From Patescibacteria group bacterium (GTDB lineage: Bacteria > Patescibacteriota > UBA1384 > XYA2-FULL-43-10), in NCBI GenBank assembly GCA_041674405.1, contig JBAYVT010000002.1, forward strand, positions 30,001 through 62,000: DNA of 32,000 nt, read 5' to 3'. Below, one piece after another: positions 27,838 through 32,000 of this stretch. The notes beneath the pieces are model-generated. The model saw only the letters and a list, made by a program, of their open reading frames with translations. It had not been told where the DNA came from and ran no database searches. Position 1 is the stretch's first letter. Each line of letters begins with the position of its first letter. The translations under genes were made by a program, and so were the position numbers.

Positions 27838-28926
27838 CTACTTTCTTATTAAATGTATTATATCACCATACGTGATCAATGCGATTAGAAGAAGCAAAAA
27901 CACAAAGCCAACCGAGTGAATAATGTTTTCGACATACTCGCGAATTAATCTCCGACGAGCAACCATTTCAATTAAAATAAAAAGTATTCTGCCCCCATCA
28001 AGTGCAGGTATGGGCAAGATGTTCAAAATTGCCAGATTAATAGAAAGCAATGCAACAAATTGAAGAAGGGCAAGGATTCCCATTCTTACAAACAAACCGG
28101 TATAAGTATAAATTGCGACAGGGCCACCAACTCCTTCGCCAGCTTGTCCTGTAGTAAATAAATTATGCAAGTAATTTCCCAAAAACTCAAACGTAAAAAT
28201 ACCGATACGATATTCTTCGCGAGCCGCAACCCAGGGAGCATCATACAGCGGTACTCTGATTATGCTTCTCTCAATCAGTCCAACTCCCAAAGGTGCATCG
28301 GAAGATCCGGACAGAGAAACCTCTTGTTTATTTATCGCCCCATCTCTTTCGTATACTACAGTAACCTTTTGGCCATAATAAGCTTGAGTAAAATTGGTTA
28401 GATCTGAGAAACTTCCCACATTTTGAGTGGTGTTGCTAGAATCAATTTCTTTAATTATATCCCCGGCAGCCAAACCAGCAGACTTAGCTGGAGAATTATT
28501 TTCGAAATCGGCAATGATTATTTGATTAGATAGTCTTTTGCCAGGGACTTGATCCGAAGGAGAGATAACGGGAGACATGCCCACAGAAAAACCGACAACC
28601 AAAAGAACCCATGCCAGTACAATATTCATCAATATTCCAGCAAGAGAGATAATTAACCTTTTATAAGCCGGTTGATTTTCCAGTGCGCGCTTGCTTTTAC
28701 TCTCCTCCAACTCACCGAGCATTTTTACATAACCGCCGAGAAAAAAGAAGGTATTTATAGTATATGTCGTCTCGCCCTTCTTTATCGAAAAAAGTCTCGG
28801 TGGAAAACCAAAAGCAAATTCTTCAACTTTCACTCCGGCTTTTTTTGCAGCGATAAAATGCCCGAATTCATGTGACAGAACAAGAAGCGCCAGAATTATA
28901 ATAAATGTTACAATGGTCAATATCAT
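27838..28926 (-). CDS. rseP: site-2 (RIP) metalloprotease, RseP family
   Basis: LSHEFGHFIAAK, PDZ region, NLAILNILPIPALDGGRILF. Confidence 0.93.
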   Translation of the reverse strand: MILTIVTFIIILALLVLSHEFGHFIAAKKAGVKVEEFAFGFPPRLFSIKKGETTYTINTFFFLGGYVKMLGELEESKSKRALENQPAYKRLIISLAGILMNIVLAWVLLVVGFSVGMSPVISPSDQVPGKRLSNQIIIADFENNSPAKSAGLAAGDIIKEIDSSNTTQNVGSFSDLTNFTQAYYGQKVTVVYERDGAINKQEVSLSGSSDAPLGVGLIERSIIRVPLYDAPWVAAREEYRIGIFTFEFLGNYLHNLFTTGQAGEGVGGPVAIYTYTGLFVRMGILALLQFVALLSINLAILNILPIPALDGGRILFILIEMVARRRLIREYVENIIHSVGFVFLLLLIALITYGDIIHLIRK

Positions 28927-28930
28927 CTAA

Positions 28931-29488
28931 TTAGATCTTCATTACTTCAGATTCTTTTTCAGTGATCATTAAATCAACTTCTTTATTTTTCCGCTCTATT
29001 AGCTCATTCAGATCTTTTTCTGCTTGATATTTATCATCCTCAGTCGCTTCATTATTTTTAATAAGGCCCTGAACACGCGACCAAGCATCGCCACGAATTG
29101 TGCGAAGTGACACCTTGGCTTCTTCTCCGGTTTTTTTAACCTGTTTGGAAAGTTCGATTCTGCGTTCTTCTGTAATTGGTGGCAAACTCAAGCGGACAAA
29201 CGTTCCATCGTTTACTGGAGTTAGGCCAAGGTCTGCATTTCTGATTGCGGTTTCAATATCTCCAAGAGAATTTCGATCAAAGGGTTTGATTTGAATTAGG
29301 CTTGCTTCAGGAACAGAAATGCTAGCCAACTCTTTGAGCGAAGTATTCATGCCATAATACGAAACTAGAATATCTTCAACCAACGAACCTTGCGCTCGGC
29401 CCGTGCGAATTTTTGTAAGATCGGATTTCAGGTTTACGATAGATGCTGACATTTTTACATCGGCATCTTTCAAAATATCTGCAATCAT
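28931..29488 (-). CDS. frr: ribosome recycling factor
   Basis: LTKIRTGRAQGSLVEDILVSYYG, GLTPVNDGTFVRLSLPPITEERR. Confidence 0.96.
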   Translation of the reverse strand: MIADILKDADVKMSASIVNLKSDLTKIRTGRAQGSLVEDILVSYYGMNTSLKELASISVPEASLIQIKPFDRNSLGDIETAIRNADLGLTPVNDGTFVRLSLPPITEERRIELSKQVKKTGEEAKVSLRTIRGDAWSRVQGLIKNNEATEDDKYQAEKDLNELIERKNKEVDLMITEKESEVMKI

Positions 29489-29523
29489 CAGCCTCCTTAT
29501 TAATTCAATAAAATTTTATCACT

Positions 29524-30117
29524 TTAGTTGCCGAGTTCATAGCGGGTAAATCGTGAGATAACTATATTTTCTCCGATTTTGGCAATCAAATCATTGAGAA
29601 GATTTCCAATTGTTTTGTCCGGATCTTTAATAAATGGCTGAGACAAAAGGCAAATCTCTTCGAAATACTTTCCCATTTTACCATCAACAATTTTGGCCGC
29701 TATTTCTTCCGGTTTACCAGAGGCTTTTACTTCTTCCATGAAAATCGCTTTTTCTCTGTCAGCTTCTTCGGCTGGGACTGCATCGGAATTTACATATTTT
29801 GGATTCATTGCCGCGATATGAAGAGCAACATCATGAACGAATGTTTTAAATTCATCGTTTCTAGCGACAAAATCAGTTTCTGTGAGAACCTCAAGGATCA
29901 CCCCGATTTTTGCATCATGGCAGTAGCACTCAATAATCCCCGATTTTGTTTCGCGTTCTGCTTTTTTAGCTGCCTTTGACATTCCTTTTTTGCGCAATAT
30001 CTCGATTGCCAAATCCTCATCCCCACCAGCTTCAATAAGAGCTGATTTAACTTCCATCATTGGAAGACCAGTTTTGGCTCTGAGTTCTGCAATTTCTTTA
30101 GCTGTAATATTTGCCAT
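29524..30117 (-). CDS. tsf: elongation factor Ts
   Basis: IAELRAKTGLPMMEVKSALIEAGGDEDLAIEILRKKG, ETDFVARNDEF. Confidence 0.96.
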   Translation of the reverse strand: MANITAKEIAELRAKTGLPMMEVKSALIEAGGDEDLAIEILRKKGMSKAAKKAERETKSGIIECYCHDAKIGVILEVLTETDFVARNDEFKTFVHDVALHIAAMNPKYVNSDAVPAEEADREKAIFMEEVKASGKPEEIAAKIVDGKMGKYFEEICLLSQPFIKDPDKTIGNLLNDLIAKIGENIVISRFTRYELGN

Positions 30118-30131
30118 GTTCCTCCAAAAAA

Positions 30132-30836
30132 TTAATTTTTATCGTTAGCCACCGCCCCTTTGTTTTCTTTGATCGTTTTTGCAAATAAATTTACAAATAG
30201 GGCAATGGATTTTGTGGCATCGTCGTTAGCTGGAATAGGATAGTCGACTAGATTCGGATCAGCATTGGTATCTACTATACCAATTGTCGTAACCCCAGAT
30301 TGAGTTGCTTCTTTTATGGCATTTTTTTCATCATGAACCCCAACCAGGATGATTACGTCAGGCTGTTTGGAAAGGCCGACAAGTCCTCCGACCAATCTCT
30401 CGCCTTTTTCAATTTCTTTTGTAAGTTTTACTTTGTCGCGTTTTTTCATCTCTGCAAATTCTGGGCTCGATACGATCAATCTGGCTCTTTCCAATTTCTT
30501 GAAAGCTTTCTGAACTGTGTTGAAATTTGTTAACATTCCACCCAGCCAACGAGAAACAATGTAAGGCATACCACAATCCTGAGCGCCTTTTTTGACAATC
30601 TCTTGGGCCTGTTTTTTGGTACCAACAAATAGGACCGTTTTCCCTTCTTTGGCCGCTTCAGCTAAAAAATTCATCGCGTCGGAAAGCTGTGATTGCGTTT
30701 TTTCCAGATCAATAACATGGACACCAGATTTGGCGCCAAAAATAAATTTGTCCATTTTGGGGTGCCAACGACTGGTTTTGTGCCCAAAATGAACGCCTGC
30801 TTCGAGCATCTCTCGAAGTGTTGGTGTGGTAACCAT
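30132..30836 (-). CDS. rpsB: 30S ribosomal protein S2
   Basis: MLEAGVHFGHKTSRWHPKM, WLGGMLTNF, GIVDTNADPNLVDYPIPANDDA. Confidence 0.97.
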   Translation of the reverse strand: MVTTPTLREMLEAGVHFGHKTSRWHPKMDKFIFGAKSGVHVIDLEKTQSQLSDAMNFLAEAAKEGKTVLFVGTKKQAQEIVKKGAQDCGMPYIVSRWLGGMLTNFNTVQKAFKKLERARLIVSSPEFAEMKKRDKVKLTKEIEKGERLVGGLVGLSKQPDVIILVGVHDEKNAIKEATQSGVTTIGIVDTNADPNLVDYPIPANDDATKSIALFVNLFAKTIKENKGAVANDKN

Positions 30837-30859
30837 AAACGATTCTCCTTTTTAACCTC

Positions 30860-30953
30860 CGCCTTACGATTTACCTCGGCCCGAAGATTTCGGGACGGGC
30901 AAAGGATTTTTTAATCTCGGCTCGCCCAAAGGACGAGACGGATGAGAAAGGCG
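30860..30953 (-). promoter_or_regulatory. structured 5' leader of rpsB-tsf (candidate)
   Basis: Closing stem cgcctt 30860-30865 / aaggcg 30948-30953; inner hairpins 30880-30894 and 30921-30937 (the latter with a U-G pair only in the minus-strand RNA). Confidence 0.45.
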
Positions 30954-31078
30954 TGTGAATTTATTAACAATTAATTACTTTTAAGACATTATCATATTTT
31001 TTGGATAATTTCAATATTTAACCCGAACAATCCCTTGACATAATTTAAAAATATTGTTAAAGTCGTTTTTGTCGGTTT

Positions 31079-31201
31079 CGCGGGAGATCGAAACCTGACG
31101 GGGCGAGGGTTCAAGGAGTCCGCTCCAGTCTCCCGCCTAATGGTGGCGAAGCGAAAGCTTATTGCCGAGAGGCAATCGCAAGTAACCAATCTTGCCGCCA
31201 T
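31079..31201 (+). ncRNA. candidate structured RNA of unknown family
   Basis: GC-rich non-coding block with gcgggaga/tctcccgc stem, a 9-bp stem enclosing two GNRA-tetraloop hairpins (AAGC-GAAA-GCUU, AUUGCC-GAGA-GGCAAU). Confidence 0.45.
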
Positions 31202-31251
31202 CCCAAACATTAAACCGCCCATGGGCGGTTAAGCTTGCCTCTTTGGAGGCA

Positions 31252-31328
31252 GGGTACGTAGCTCAGTTGGATAGAGCGTCTCCCTGATAAGGAGAAGGCC
31301 GGGGGTTCAATCCCCTCCGTACCCACCA
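31252..31328 (+). tRNA. tRNA-Ile (anticodon GAT), CCA encoded
   Basis: Acceptor GGGTACG/CGTACCC, D arm GCTCAGTTGGATAGAGC, anticodon arm TCTCC-CTGATAA-GGAGA, T arm GGGGGTTCAATCCCCT. Confidence 0.97.
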
Positions 31329-31333
31329 CCCTT

Positions 31334-31376
31334 CCCTCTCTGCGCCTCGCGCAGAGAGGGTTTCCCGTTTTTAGGC
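31334..31376 (+). terminator. terminator after tRNA-Ile
   Basis: 12-bp stem ccctctctgcgc-ctc-gcgcagagaggg followed by TTTCCCGTTTTT. Confidence 0.8.
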
Positions 31377-31414
31377 TTGATTTTAAGTCAATATTCTGTT
31401 AATATAATTTCGTT

Positions 31415-31708
31415 ATGAAAAAAGTCATTCATCCAACTTATTATCCTGAGGCTAAGGTCACATGTGCATGTGGTGCAACTTTTACTATGGGATCAACCGA
31501 AAAAGAGATTCATGTAGAAATCTGCTCCGCCTGTCACCCATACTTTACCGGCAAAGAAAAACTGGTTGATACCGCTGGCCGCGTCGATAAATTTAAAGAG
31601 CGAATGGAAGCAGCCAAGAAGTTCAAAGAAACTAAAGAACTGAAGAACAAAAGAACCGAAGAACCAAAAGAGAATACTTCCAAAAACGAAAAATCTGAAG
31701 ATAAATAG
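31415..31708 (+). CDS. rpmE: 50S ribosomal protein L31
   Basis: [63 protein letters not shown]. Confidence 0.96.
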   Translation: MKKVIHPTYYPEAKVTCACGATFTMGSTEKEIHVEICSACHPYFTGKEKLVDTAGRVDKFKERMEAAKKFKETKELKNKRTEEPKENTSKNEKSEDK

Positions 31709-31727
31709 CTCAATTTGAGATACAATG

Positions 31728-31757
31728 AAACCAGCGAGAATTTTCAAGCTGGTTTTT
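31728..31757 (+). terminator. terminator-like hairpin after rpmE
   Basis: aaaccagc / gctggttt 8-bp stem ending in a T-tract. Confidence 0.5.
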
Positions 31758-31798
31758 CATTATCTAACATAAGCCCAATAAGTCTTATTAGAATTTTT

Positions 31799-32000
31799 AT
31801 GAACGATAAACTACAAAAAATTTTAGATCGTTATTACAAACTCGATAATAAACTCAAGGATCCGGCGTTATCGTCAAATCCCGAGGAATTGGCTCACGTC
31901 GCTAAAGAAAAAGCTGAGATCGAAGATGATGCCAAAAAAATCGAGCGTTATTTTCAAATTGAAAAAAATATTGAAGAAAATAAAGAAATAATTCGCGATA
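31799..32000 (+). CDS. prfA: peptide chain release factor 1, N-terminus (partial at right edge)
   Basis: MNDKLQKILDRYYKLDNKLKDPALSSNPEELAHVAKEKAEIEDDAKK..., downstream of rpmE as commonly found. Confidence 0.75.
   Translation, partial: MNDKLQKILDRYYKLDNKLKDPALSSNPEELAHVAKEKAEIEDDAKKIERYFQIEKNIEENKEIIRD

Noticed and set aside
29524-30117. Short EF-Ts (197 aa) as an anomaly
   Set aside because: Short EF-Ts forms are known in several bacterial lineages; not unusual enough to report.
30992-31222. 76-aa minus-strand ORF MGGLMFGMAARLVTCDCLSAISFRF...
   Set aside because: It lies across the GC-rich hairpin-rich region and reads through stem sequences. It has no RBS or recognisable family and is more likely a by-product of structured RNA.
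1-32000. Possible alternative genetic code (TGA as Gly, as in some candidate phyla)
   Set aside because: TGA terminates several well-formed genes (for example hydD and the nucleotidyltransferase) at expected C-termini, and no conserved protein needs TGA read-through.
1-32000. CRISPR array, prophage, integrase or transposase, toxin-antitoxin or defence island
   Set aside because: None of the translated ORFs carries such signatures and there is no regularly spaced repeat array.

Overview
This is a compact, AT-rich bacterial chromosome segment read with the standard code. Gene density, short gene forms and many ATGA overlaps suggest a reduced genome, possibly Patescibacteria/CPR-like, but that is inference. 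Most of the window is housekeeping: partial ddl, a murF-like gene, SOD, an M29 aminopeptidase, clpP, MFS, tig, a GHMP kinase and nucleotidyltransferase pair, a PfkB kinase-fba-pgk operon, gap-tpiA, yvcK-uvrC-proS-rseP-frr-tsf-rpsB, tRNA-Ile(GAT), rpmE and partial prfA. The most distinctive part is a + strand cytosolic [NiFe] (sulf)hydrogenase operon at about 14.9-19.5 kb, of the HydB/G/D/A type. It has an APH/choline-kinase-like gene coupled between the small and large subunit genes. The large subunit ends exactly at DPCITCATH with no cleavable C-terminal extension. A hypC overlapped by a methyltransferase gene lies just downstream on the opposite strand. Other notable items are an RHH domain fused to a nucleotidyltransferase, a GC-rich candidate structured RNA before tRNA-Ile, a structured rpsB leader, a 40-bp perfect palindrome, an unlisted 50-aa ORF with a strong RBS, a Nudix protein with a degenerate catalytic box, and a half-site cluster at the divergent pgk/hydrogenase promoter. 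I found no CRISPR array, transposase or phage genes.
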